Source: Coleofasciculus chthonoplastes F2-STO-03
GTDB lineage: Bacteria; Cyanobacteriota; Cyanobacteriia; Cyanobacteriales; Coleofasciculaceae
NCBI GenBank assembly: GCA_040222015.1
Contig: JAVJWO010000211.1
Coordinates: 29,011 to 93,010, forward strand
Reading direction: 5' to 3'
Length of the DNA stretch: 64,000 nt
Below the pieces are notes generated by a model. The model ran no database searches, was not told where the DNA came from, and worked only from the letters and a program-made list of their open reading frames with translations. Of this stretch, positions 28,233-37,690 are shown piece by piece. A program made the translations under genes and the position numbers. Positions within the stretch are counted from its first letter, which is position 1. Every line of letters begins with the position of its first letter.

Positions 28233-29900
28233 ATGGAACTGATTTGGTTCTTCAAAACCCTAAAAAAATACATTGCCGACTACAAATGGCAATTCTTTTT
28301 ACTCTTTATCTGCCTAATATTCGACGCCGCCTTTGACTCAATCTTCCGAGCCAGTTTAAAATTTATCATCGACGCCGCCATCGTTCCCCAAAACTACAGA
28401 CTTCTAATTCTCATCCTATCCTTGCTCGTCGTCGGAGCCTTTTTATATATCTGCATCGGCATACTCGGACTTTCCCTCGGCGCACGTTTAGGCATTGCCA
28501 TCACCAACAATATCCGATACTCTCTATTCGAGCATCTGCAAAACCTTTCCATGGAATTTTTCGGACGGCGTTCCGCCGGGGATATTGTCAAATGCCTCAT
28601 GTCCGATGTCCAGAAGGTGGAAAACGGTGTCATTACCATGGGACTAACCGTGGTTATTCTAGTACTGTGTAACCTGCTGTTTGCCATAATTTTCCTCTTC
28701 TTACTCAATTGGCAATTAGCCCTACTCAGTTTAATTGGGTTAACCCTGTGCGCCATTGCCCCAGCCAAAATTGCCAGCCTCGCCACCAACGCCGGTTATC
28801 AGTTATTACAAAAAGAAGGACAAATTGCCAACGTTGTCGAAGAGAATATCCTCTCCCAAGCCGTTGTTAAGATATTCGGACTAGAAAGCCGAATGTCCCA
28901 GGAGTTTTCCGTCCATCTAAATGCCTTAAAACAAATCTATATCCGGGCAACCTTTCTCTCCTACTTAACTCACAAAATCCCTATGGTGGGTTTTGTCCTG
29001 ACGCAGATTGTAGTTTTAAGTATCGGGGCAGTCATGACCTACCAGGGTATCATTTCAGTAGGGACTCTTGCCTCCTTTCAAGTCTTCTTACTCGGATTGA
29101 ATCTCAACATCCTCGGCTTATCTTCATCAATCCCTATGTTTATCGAAGGCGTAGCAGGGCTGCAACGCATCAGCGACATCTTATCAGAAACTCCTGCAAT
29201 TAAAGATGCACCAGATGCGATAGACTTACCTCACTTTGAGAGTGAAATTTACTTTGACGATGTTACCTTTAATTACTCTTCTGAAAGAAGTGGAATCAAA
29301 AATCTATCCCTAAAGATTCGCCAAGGAGACTTTGCCGTATTTGTCGGTGCTTCTGGCGCGGGAAAAAGTACAATTATCAACTTACTGATGCGATTTTATG
29401 ACCCGGATAAAGGACGCATTCTGTTTGATGGCGTTGATTTGCGTCATGCCACAGTACGCTCCCTCCGTTCTCAAATTGGACTGGTTTCTCAGGATGTGAT
29501 TCTATTTAACTGTTCCGTGCGAGAAAATATCCGCATGGGCTATTTAGACGCCACGGATGAACAAGTGGAAGCCGCCGCCAAAGCCGCCGAAATTCACAAG
29601 TTTATTTTGTCCTTACCCCAAGGCTACGACACCCCAGTAGGAGACAGAGGCGGACAGTTATCCGGGGGACAACGGCAACGAATCGCCTTAGCCAGGGCGC
29701 TGGTGAGAGATCCCGCGATTCTGATTCTGGATGAAGCAACATCCGCCCTCGATCCCGCGACGGAAGCGGAAATCCTCGCCACTATTGAGCGTATCACCCA
29801 AGACCGCACCGTAATTTTCATCACCCACCGCATGGCTCATGCGATGCGTGCGGATGTCATGTACGTGCTGGAAAACGGCGGCTTGGTGGTGAGTGGGTGA
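28233..29900 (+). CDS. ABC exporter, fused permease and ATPase
   Basis: Transmembrane domain plus GASGAGKST, LSGGQRQR, ILILDEATS. Confidence 0.93.
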   Translation: MELIWFFKTLKKYIADYKWQFFLLFICLIFDAAFDSIFRASLKFIIDAAIVPQNYRLLILILSLLVVGAFLYICIGILGLSLGARLGIAITNNIRYSLFEHLQNLSMEFFGRRSAGDIVKCLMSDVQKVENGVITMGLTVVILVLCNLLFAIIFLFLLNWQLALLSLIGLTLCAIAPAKIASLATNAGYQLLQKEGQIANVVEENILSQAVVKIFGLESRMSQEFSVHLNALKQIYIRATFLSYLTHKIPMVGFVLTQIVVLSIGAVMTYQGIISVGTLASFQVFLLGLNLNILGLSSSIPMFIEGVAGLQRISDILSETPAIKDAPDAIDLPHFESEIYFDDVTFNYSSERSGIKNLSLKIRQGDFAVFVGASGAGKSTIINLLMRFYDPDKGRILFDGVDLRHATVRSLRSQIGLVSQDVILFNCSVRENIRMGYLDATDEQVEAAAKAAEIHKFILSLPQGYDTPVGDRGGQLSGGQRQRIALARALVRDPAILILDEATSALDPATEAEILATIERITQDRTVIFITHRMAHAMRADVMYVLENGGLVVSG

Positions 29901-30211
29901 CACACAGATTTTTCCGGGTATAGCAGTAGACAGATCGATTAGGACTTTCGGCACCATTGTAGAGACGTTCCATGGAACGTCTCTACATAAATGATGAGGT
30001 GACTTCAGGTTCAAGTCGTGAGTAGATTGGCAACAGAGCCATTACAGCAGTTTGCTCTGCTATGCGGTACATTGTCGATCCCCCTCGCATCCCCCTTTTT
30101 AAGGGGGACTTTTATTTACTGTACTTTATTACAGCGCAAAGCGCTGTATCTTGAATCATTAGGGCTAAATCTGTCACAATATACTAAGTAAACGTTCCCA
30201 TCAATGCCGTT

Positions 30212-31090
30212 ATGCGCCAAACACACATCAGATTTGATTGGGCGATTAAAAAATTACTGAGAAACAAAGCTAATTATGGTGTTTTGGCAGGTTTCTTGAG
30301 TGAGTTATTGGGGAAACCAATCAAGATCCAATCAATACTCGAAGGTGAAAGCAATCAACAAGCGGAGGATGACAAGCTAAATCGAGTCGATATTCTGGCT
30401 GAAAATGACCAGGGGGAATTGATTCTCATTGAAGTGCAAAACAATACAGAGCAAGATTATTTCCATCGGATGCTCTATGGCACTGCGAGATTAATTACTG
30501 ACTTCCTGGAAAAAGGGGAGCCTTATGGGAAGGTCAAAAAAGTTTATTCAGTGAATGTCGTATACTTTTCTCTGGGACAGGGAGATGATTATATTTACAA
30601 AGGAAAATTAGATTTTTGTGGTCTTCACTTAGAAGACAGGTTGGGTCTATCAATAAACCAGCAGAAGCTGTTTAATATCAAAGACGTCTCTGAGATTTTT
30701 CCCGAATATTATGTGATTAAAGTCAACAATTTTAACGACATAGCAAAAACAACCTTAGACGAATGGATATATTTCTTGAAAAAGAGCCAAATCAAAGATG
30801 AATTTACAGCCCAAGGTTTAGCGGAAGCGAAGGAAAATTTACTCGTCGATAGCTTGAGCGAAGAAGAAAGAGCGAACTACCTGAGATTTATGGAGAATCA
30901 GCGTTATGAAATCAGCCTGATAGAAGGTTCGCGTTCAGAGGGAAGATTAGAGGGAATTGAGGAGGGTATAGAGCAAGGCAAACAGCAAGCAAAGATTAAC
31001 ATAGCCAGAATCTTAAAACAAAAAGGGACTGATATTGACACAATCACAGAAGCAACAGGACTTACTAGAGAAGAGATTGAGAAACTGTAG
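30212..31090 (+). CDS. Rpn family (PD-(D/E)XK) nuclease
   Basis: RFDWAIKKLL, RVDILA...LIEVQN, EWIYFLK, EGxxEG tail, ATGLTREEI. Confidence 0.88.
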   Translation: MRQTHIRFDWAIKKLLRNKANYGVLAGFLSELLGKPIKIQSILEGESNQQAEDDKLNRVDILAENDQGELILIEVQNNTEQDYFHRMLYGTARLITDFLEKGEPYGKVKKVYSVNVVYFSLGQGDDYIYKGKLDFCGLHLEDRLGLSINQQKLFNIKDVSEIFPEYYVIKVNNFNDIAKTTLDEWIYFLKKSQIKDEFTAQGLAEAKENLLVDSLSEEERANYLRFMENQRYEISLIEGSRSEGRLEGIEEGIEQGKQQAKINIARILKQKGTDIDTITEATGLTREEIEKL

Positions 31091-31485
31091 CGCTTCTAGA
31101 TGAAACTAGCGCTTACTTATTGGAAGCGGGCTAAATGATAGTAGACATTATGCCCACCAGTTTTTTGGGGCGAGGTAATAAGTAGTCGGACAAAAGAAAA
31201 CGGCACGCTCATGAACTTTTGTAATCCTTGTCGGGCATCCGTTGTAGAGAAAGGCAATCTGAAGGAAGGGGGGGAAAGCGATCGCGTGTGACAATTGCGT
31301 AAGTCTTGAGCTCAAATCATTTTAATTTATTTTGGCAACAAAGAGCGAGCGCTTCCCACAAATGTCAAACAATGTCGGAAAATGTCGGTAAAATTATTGT
31401 CCTAGGTCATCCTCTTAATGGGACTTATCATAGGGACACGATATGTCGTGTCCCTACAGATAGGGCATTTTGAATAGGTGGATAC

Positions 31486-31851
31486 CTAACGCGCTGCTTT
31501 AGCTCTAGATGTCTCCGGCGGCATACTCTCCAAACTGAGAGGCACCATATCGCCGTTAAACGTCAATCCTAATAACATCGGTTCCTGGGGTTGAATAAAC
31601 TTGCCCGTGAGTACACACCGCTCTTCTTGCTGGGCGGTGGCGGGAATGCTGGCTCTGATATCGTAGACCGAAAAGTTAGGTCGATAATCGCCCAATTTCT
31701 GCTGAACATAGTTCCAGAGGATATCTCGAATTAGGGCTTGATAGCCTTGGTTGCCAGATAGATCTTTGAGCTTCTCCTTTAACTCTCTCTCCAAGCGGAT
31801 GCTGGTGACTTCCATGTCAGTGGTTGAAGTCCTAGGCGCAGTACGTATCAT
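31486..31851 (-). CDS. trcR: Ribbon-helix-helix repressor, TrcR (All0854)-like
   Basis: MEVTSIRLERELKEKLK...GYQALIRDILW (RHH); divergent from an HNH and alr0857-family pair; TGTAGTAT upstream. Orthology is from recall, not from a search. Confidence 0.65.
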   Translation of the reverse strand: MIRTAPRTSTTDMEVTSIRLERELKEKLKDLSGNQGYQALIRDILWNYVQQKLGDYRPNFSVYDIRASIPATAQQEERCVLTGKFIQPQEPMLLGLTFNGDMVPLSLESMPPETSRAKAAR

Positions 31852-31870
31852 GTTTTTTTCCTCAACTATG

Positions 31871-31899
31871 TGGACAGGTTCGTAATACAAGTGTAGTAT
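31871..31899 (+). promoter_or_regulatory. Sigma70 promoter TGGACA-N17-TAGTAT overlapped by a TGTAGTAT operator-like motif
   Basis: Exact 17-bp spacing; lies between the RHH gene and the HNH leader. Confidence 0.6.
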
Positions 31900-32251
31900 G
31901 TAAAAAGCAGTATTGAAACAAATTACCTCCTGTGAGCCTTCATCGATCCTTCTCCACCCCTTGCCCTGATACCAGTCGCCTCGGCGATTGGCAGTCAGCA
32001 GGTTTGTCGGTGGAGTTTTTTATTGGGGATGGATATGGCTCGATAGAACAGGATACAGCCCAAATCAGAACTCTATATAACTCTGACGTCGAGAATTTAA
32101 CCAGTATCAATCCAAAACCAGATCACAACAGCGGGAAGTACAGGCGCATCCAAGCCGTACCGATATAGGACGAGAAAACCATACCGTTTTTCAACTCCCC
32201 CGCTCTGACTCAAACAGCAGCGGGGGTTTCTGATACCAAGGAGTAAAAAGC

Positions 32252-32770
32252 GTGACGAGTGTAACTAAAGGATTAAGGTGTTCAGTGGTGGTGTTTTCCA
32301 AGAACTACCTCCCTCTGAGTCGAGTCAACATGAAGCGGGCGGTGACGCTTCTGGTGACTGGGAAAGCCGAACCGCTAGATTGGTGTAAGAGTCAAGGCTA
32401 TCCAGTGCATTCACCCAGCTTAGTCTTACTGGTTCCCGAACAGATTCGCTTGACCAAAGCCAATAGCGATCGCGTCTGGAAAGTCCCGCCCGTAAATCGC
32501 CGGGAAGTCTTACGTCGAGACAAGCATCGTTGCCAATACTGTGGTAGCCCCAAACGGCTCACCCTCGACCATGTTATCCCCCGTTCTAAGGGCGGAAACC
32601 ATCGTTGGGACAATGTAGTTACTGCCTGCCAACGGTGCAATAGTCAAAAAGGCGATCGCACGCCTGAGCAAGCGGGAATGACTCTACTCACCCAGCCCAA
32701 AGCGCCTATGCATCCCACTGTAGCTTTTGCCGAACAGTTCTGGCGCGAACAGCACGTCCACCTGGAATAA
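32252..32770 (+). CDS. HNH endonuclease
   Basis: RREVLRRDKHRCQYCG, LTLDHVIPRSKGG...WDNVVTACQRCN..KG. Confidence 0.92.
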   Translation: MTSVTKGLRCSVVVFSKNYLPLSRVNMKRAVTLLVTGKAEPLDWCKSQGYPVHSPSLVLLVPEQIRLTKANSDRVWKVPPVNRREVLRRDKHRCQYCGSPKRLTLDHVIPRSKGGNHRWDNVVTACQRCNSQKGDRTPEQAGMTLLTQPKAPMHPTVAFAEQFWREQHVHLE

Positions 32771-32786
32771 TAGGAGATATCAGGTC

Positions 32787-33176
32787 ATGCTGAAACTTAC
32801 TTATACTGAAAATAGCTTTTACCTAGAGCGTCTAGCGGGTTCTCTAGAGGAATGGGTGACTTCCCGGGTTATGTTGTCTCTACGAGCCGCATCCAGCCTC
32901 TGGGTCGAATCTAGCACCGCTTCGTTTTTACTGCCTGTTGATATGCCTCACTTGGCTGACTTAGAAAAGGCGGTTCGGCAACAAATAATCGATGAGATTT
33001 CTCTGTCGATTTGCGATGCTAATTATATCGAAGTCACGCTGAAAGGCACTTGGATGACATCTAATCCCCATGGTGAAGAGGGTGTGTTTGTGGTCAAGTT
33101 AAGCGATCGCACCGAGTTTTTTCTCTGCAAACTGTGGCAGGAGTCGCAAACTTATGCCTCTGTTACCAATGAATAA
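32787..33176 (+). CDS. alr0857-family protein
   Basis: MLKLTYTENSFYLERL...LEEWV...STASFLLP; AGGAG RBS. Confidence 0.75.
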   Translation: MLKLTYTENSFYLERLAGSLEEWVTSRVMLSLRAASSLWVESSTASFLLPVDMPHLADLEKAVRQQIIDEISLSICDANYIEVTLKGTWMTSNPHGEEGVFVVKLSDRTEFFLCKLWQESQTYASVTNE

Positions 33177-33265
33177 GCGAGGGCGCACTGTCAGTAGTGC
33201 GCCTTTTCTGTATACGTCTTTTTCGGCTAAAGTGAGGCTGATAACCTTGCCAAAGAAATAGAGCC

Positions 33266-34111
33266 ATGAATACCAAGGTACTACTCCCATTCTTAATCAC
33301 CACCTTGCTGGTGAGTGGATCGGCAACACCGGGAATCGGGCGGGCTGAACCCCCGATTCAAGTCGCCCAATCCGTCTGGAAACCCTTCTCCTCAGCCGAA
33401 GGCAATTTCACTGTCTTAATGCCCGGTACACCTCGCCAAGAACAGAACACAATCAACACTGAATTAGCTCCACTCAACTTGAATGCATTTACCGTTGAAC
33501 GTCCCAACGAAGCGAACTATTTGGTGGCTTACTTTGATTTACCGGGGGATTTTAGCAATATGCTCCAAACTTCGGGTCAAATCAATGAGTTTTTAACCGG
33601 AGTGGTGCTAGGATTATCCGAAAGTATGGCGGGTCAACTATTAAATCAGCAAAGGATTAATTTAAATAATTATTCTGGCAAAGCATTTAAAATGCAGCAC
33701 TCTGAAGATGTTGTTGGTAGATATCGGCTTTATTTAGTCAATCAACGGGTCTATTTATTAGGAGTCGGTACGTCCAAAGAAAACTATTTACAAAAAAGTA
33801 TTCAGGGCTTTTTTAATTCCTTCCGACTGGCGGGAGGCGCCACCGGAACAGTTCGTCCGGGAGACGCCACTGAAACAGTTCGTCCCCCTCGATCTAACCT
33901 CAATGCCCAATTACGACAAGCTGTCTGTACCCAAAACTGGTCACAAGCGATTAATGTTGTCAATCGGATGATCGGTCAGATTGACTCCCAAGACGTTCGG
34001 CAACAGTTACTCGATTATAAACAAAAATTGCAAGGTTTTGCCAGTTCCGATTCCGTGGTTCCAGCGAGTGAGTTACCCGATTGTTCGTCGGGAAATGGGG
34101 AAGGTAATTAA
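33266..34111 (+). CDS. Secreted hypothetical protein
   Basis: Signal peptide; WKPFSSAEGNFTVLMPGTP...FFNSFRL domain. Confidence 0.8.
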   Translation: MNTKVLLPFLITTLLVSGSATPGIGRAEPPIQVAQSVWKPFSSAEGNFTVLMPGTPRQEQNTINTELAPLNLNAFTVERPNEANYLVAYFDLPGDFSNMLQTSGQINEFLTGVVLGLSESMAGQLLNQQRINLNNYSGKAFKMQHSEDVVGRYRLYLVNQRVYLLGVGTSKENYLQKSIQGFFNSFRLAGGATGTVRPGDATETVRPPRSNLNAQLRQAVCTQNWSQAINVVNRMIGQIDSQDVRQQLLDYKQKLQGFASSDSVVPASELPDCSSGNGEGN

Positions 34112-34116
34112 CGGAA

Positions 34117-35886
34117 TTACCCCGACTTAATCGGTAAACTGACGACAAATTCTGAACCCTGATCCAACTCTGAAATTACCTTAATTGTTCCTTGATGTTT
34201 CTCAATAATCTGATAGGAGATAGCCAAACCCATCCCTGTTCCTTTGCCAACGGGCTTAGTTGTAAAAAATGGATCGAATATTTTCGGTTTAATTTCTGGA
34301 GGAATCCCCGAACCTGTATCCCGAATTTTGATTTCAATTTGATTGGGAGCAATTTGCTGGGTTTGAATTAAAATCTGCCGTTTAGCCAAACCTGACTTAA
34401 CGCTTAGTTCATCGATGGCATTACTGATGATATTCATGAACACTTGATTTAGCTGCGCCGGATAGCACTCCATTAAAGGAATCTGCCCATACTGCTTAAT
34501 CACCTCGATATCTTGAGTCAGGCGAGAATTTAAAATTAAAAGTGTATTATCCATCCCTTCATGAATATCAACTTGTTTCATTTCTGCCTCATCGAGGCGA
34601 GAAAAATTTCGCAAGGATAGAATAATTTGGCGAATGCGTTCGCTTCCCACTTGCATGGAGTTCATGATTTTGGGTAAATCTTCACGGATAAACTGCAAAT
34701 CTATGTCGTTAAGTTGAGTTTGAATCTCCGCTGAAGGATAGGGATAATGTTGCTGATACAGATGTAAGAGTTTGAGAATATCATGGGTATAGTCTTGAGC
34801 ATAAGTCAGATTACCATAAATAAAATTTACCGGATTATTAATTTCATGGGCAAGTCCAGCCACCATCTGTCCCAAACTGGACATTTTTTCACTTTGAATC
34901 AGTTGAGCTTGGGCTTGTTGTAAGTCGCGAATTTGCGTAGCGACTCGTTGAATAAGATGATTTAGAGACGTGGCTAAAACTCCAATTTCATCTTCAGTCA
35001 TGACGGGGGCTTGCAGGTTAAAATTACCGTCCTGAGTAGCTTGTTCGGCAACGCGGGTTACGGCTTCAATTGGACGTGCGATCGCGCGACTGGTATAGAT
35101 GGCTAAAACAGCCGCAATTCCTATCGATAGCATCATACTCCCTGCAATGATGCTAGCCCGTAATATCTTAGCGTCCTTAAATTTAGCCTTTGCCTGCTGT
35201 TGTTGAATTTCAGTTAAGCTAACGAGCTTGTCTAAACTTGCTGAAATTGTTTCAAACTGGGGAATCAGTTCGCTTTTAAACGTTTTTACAAAAAAAGGTT
35301 GAATCGTTTGAAGTTGACTGGGAGTAAGCGTTTCAGAATTAAGTCTTTCTAAAAGAGAGCTAACGATCTGATGATAGGTGCCTAAACCCCGCTCACAATA
35401 ATTCAATATATCTTTTGGCGAGTTCTTATAATCGCTGGGTAATTGACGATGATTTTTTAAATGAAATTGTAATTGGGCGAGTTGACTATTGCTTTTTATT
35501 AAAGTTTCATTTAATCTCACAATAAAATCAGCTTCTAAAGACTGATTTTCTGATAAATAGGTTAGTCGTTCTTGGTACAATTGAATAGTAAAAAAAGATT
35601 TTTCTAAATTTCCTAACATATCCAGTCGTTCCTGGGTAATTTCTAACGACTCTCTGGCGCTATCATCATAATGTTCTCCAACGATTAATCCTGTCGCCGT
35701 TCCCAAAACAGCAATACTCACCGCTAAAAAATAGCCAGAACCAATTTTTTGATGAATACTCCAACGACGGCTGATACGATTGATCCAGAGTCCAGGATTA
35801 GCAAGCAGAAGGAAGCGACGCGCTGGTGGGGAAGGAGTCGCGACACCTGGATGGTTAGAAAGAATACCCGATTCTGAGTGATGCAT
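34117..35886 (-). CDS. Membrane sensor histidine kinase with HAMP domain
   Basis: Two TMs, [56 protein letters not shown]. Confidence 0.94.
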   Translation of the reverse strand: MHHSESGILSNHPGVATPSPPARRFLLLANPGLWINRISRRWSIHQKIGSGYFLAVSIAVLGTATGLIVGEHYDDSARESLEITQERLDMLGNLEKSFFTIQLYQERLTYLSENQSLEADFIVRLNETLIKSNSQLAQLQFHLKNHRQLPSDYKNSPKDILNYCERGLGTYHQIVSSLLERLNSETLTPSQLQTIQPFFVKTFKSELIPQFETISASLDKLVSLTEIQQQQAKAKFKDAKILRASIIAGSMMLSIGIAAVLAIYTSRAIARPIEAVTRVAEQATQDGNFNLQAPVMTEDEIGVLATSLNHLIQRVATQIRDLQQAQAQLIQSEKMSSLGQMVAGLAHEINNPVNFIYGNLTYAQDYTHDILKLLHLYQQHYPYPSAEIQTQLNDIDLQFIREDLPKIMNSMQVGSERIRQIILSLRNFSRLDEAEMKQVDIHEGMDNTLLILNSRLTQDIEVIKQYGQIPLMECYPAQLNQVFMNIISNAIDELSVKSGLAKRQILIQTQQIAPNQIEIKIRDTGSGIPPEIKPKIFDPFFTTKPVGKGTGMGLAISYQIIEKHQGTIKVISELDQGSEFVVSLPIKSG

Positions 35887-35987
35887 AAGGCAAATGTGAT
35901 ACCGTCATTGTTTTACTATAGACAAAGCACCCTTTGCCTCACCAAGGTAAAATTTTTAGATGTCAATCCTGTGAATCTGGTGTTTCA

Positions 35988-36075
35988 GTCATTCGTCATT
36001 TGTCATTCGTCATTTGTCATTCGTCATTTGTCATTTGTCATTCGTCATTCGTCATTCGTCATTCGTCATTCGTCA
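35988..36075. repeat. STRR heptamer tandem repeat GTCATT(C/T)
   Basis: About 12 tandem units; related TCATTGG array at 40058-40093. Confidence 0.85.
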
Positions 36076-36130
36076 GGCAACAGGCAACAGGCAAAAGTGC
36101 AAGGTAGAGTTTTGAGTTAACTCACGACTT

Positions 36131-36212
36131 CCTCATCTCCCCCATCTCCCCCATCTCCCCCATCTCCCCCATCTCCCTCATCTCCCCCATCTCTCCCATC
36201 TTCCTCATCTCT
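36131..36212. repeat. 9-bp tandem repeat CCCCATCTC
   Basis: Seen directly in sequence. Confidence 0.85.
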
Positions 36213-36234
36213 CCCTGTTCCCTGTTCCCTAAAA

Positions 36235-36993
36235 CTAAACCGCTAAAAAGCGCTGAATCACCTGCTGACTCAATTCGCTGGTTGAACCTGATGCTACAAT
36301 ACCTCCCTTCTGCATCGCGTAGTACCAATCTGCTTGTCGGACAAAATGCAGATGCTGTTCCACCAGCAGCACAGAAATCCCTGTAGACTTGACAATCTGG
36401 CGAATAGCGGCTTCAATTTCTAAGATAATCGAAGGTTGAATTCCTTCAGTGGGTTCATCCAACACCAGTAATCGAGGTTTCCCCATTAACGCCCGCGCGA
36501 TCGCAAGTTGTTGCTGTTGTCCTCCACTTAAGTCTCCGCCCATGCGAGATAGCATAGATTTTAGCACAGGAAACAAGCTAAAAATTTCCTCTGGAATCTC
36601 AGCGTTGTTCCCTCTACCTTGACGACAGGCTTCCAACCCTAGCAACAGATTTTCTTTTACCGTTAAGCGCGGAATAATCTCCCGCCCTTGGGGGACATAA
36701 CCAATGCCTAATTTTGCCCGTTTATCTGTAGATTTATGGGTAATCGGTTGCTCTGCTAAGGTAATTGTACCTGTTCGAGGTTTGAGCAACCCCATAATCG
36801 TTTTCAATAGGGTTGTTTTGCCCACGCCGTTGCGTCCAATCAGACAAACCATTTGTCCAACGGGTACACTTAAATCTACATCCCGCAGGATATGACTTTC
36901 GCCATAATAAACATTCACATCCCTAATTTGCAGCATTAGCTGAGTTGAGGATTGATGATCAATTTTAGATATTACTTGGTCAGTTTGACTCAT
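36235..36993 (-). CDS. urtE: Urea ABC transporter ATPase
   Basis: YYGESHIL, GRNGVGKTT, YVPQGREI, LSGGQQQQ, DEPTEGIQPSII. Confidence 0.94.
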   Translation of the reverse strand: MSQTDQVISKIDHQSSTQLMLQIRDVNVYYGESHILRDVDLSVPVGQMVCLIGRNGVGKTTLLKTIMGLLKPRTGTITLAEQPITHKSTDKRAKLGIGYVPQGREIIPRLTVKENLLLGLEACRQGRGNNAEIPEEIFSLFPVLKSMLSRMGGDLSGGQQQQLAIARALMGKPRLLVLDEPTEGIQPSIILEIEAAIRQIVKSTGISVLLVEQHLHFVRQADWYYAMQKGGIVASGSTSELSQQVIQRFLAV

Positions 36994-37073
36994 AGTTAGA
37001 AGCGATTAATTGGTATTCTTAGTGTAGTGCAGCATCGCTCAAATATTATTGAGGAGTATTAAGTTTAGGAACT

Positions 37074-37337
37074 ATTGTAGGGGCGGATTTAGGGCATCAA
37101 TTGTAGGGGCGGATTTAGGGCATCAATTGTAGGGGCGGGTTTAGGCATAATTGTAGGGGCGGATTTAGGCATAATTGTAGGGGCGGGTTTAGGCATAATT
37201 GTAGGGGCGGGTTTAGGCATAATTGTAGGGGCGGGTTTAGGGACTAAATTCCGCTATTCACCGATAACATTTCAACAAAACCCGCCCTCCCCACCGATAA
37301 CATTTCAACAAAACCCGCCCTCCCCACCGATAACATT
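37074..37337. repeat. Tandem arrays: 7 x 24-26 bp ATTGTAGGGGCGG(A/G)TTTAGG and 2.5 x 33 bp CACCGATAACATTTCAACAAAACCCGCCCTCCC
   Basis: Seen directly; the two arrays are the complementary arms (GGGCGGGTTT / AAACCCGCCC) of one REP-like element. Confidence 0.85.
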
Positions 37338-37690
37338 TCTGGTATTCTAGGTTGAAGCTATTATAAAGAAAACTTTTAAGTTTAAAGTTTAAGATTTGAT
37401 TTTGTAAATGTGATGGAATTTTGACCGGGCAGCAGCAATCCCTGGAAAAGCCCAATTTGACGTTGTTGTTTGGCTGTAGTATGATATATTAAAATTTGTA
37501 TAGCATGGTATCATAGGTTAACTGTAGTTAATTTGCAAAAACACAGGCTTGAAACCCTTACTCTGGTGTCATTTTCTTCACTACCGTCGGCAAAACTCAA
37601 AAAATACAAGCATACCCCAATGACAAAATTTTTTGAGCTTATTCAGAAATAAATTTGACAAAAAACACATTTCATGTATTTAGTCCTCAA

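Noticed and set aside
35878..36328. ORFs with FVIRHSS and EMGEMG repeats
   Set aside because: They are translations of STRR tandem repeats.
37074..37337. Possible CRISPR array
   Set aside because: Units are directly tandem with no unique spacers, and no cas genes lie in the window.
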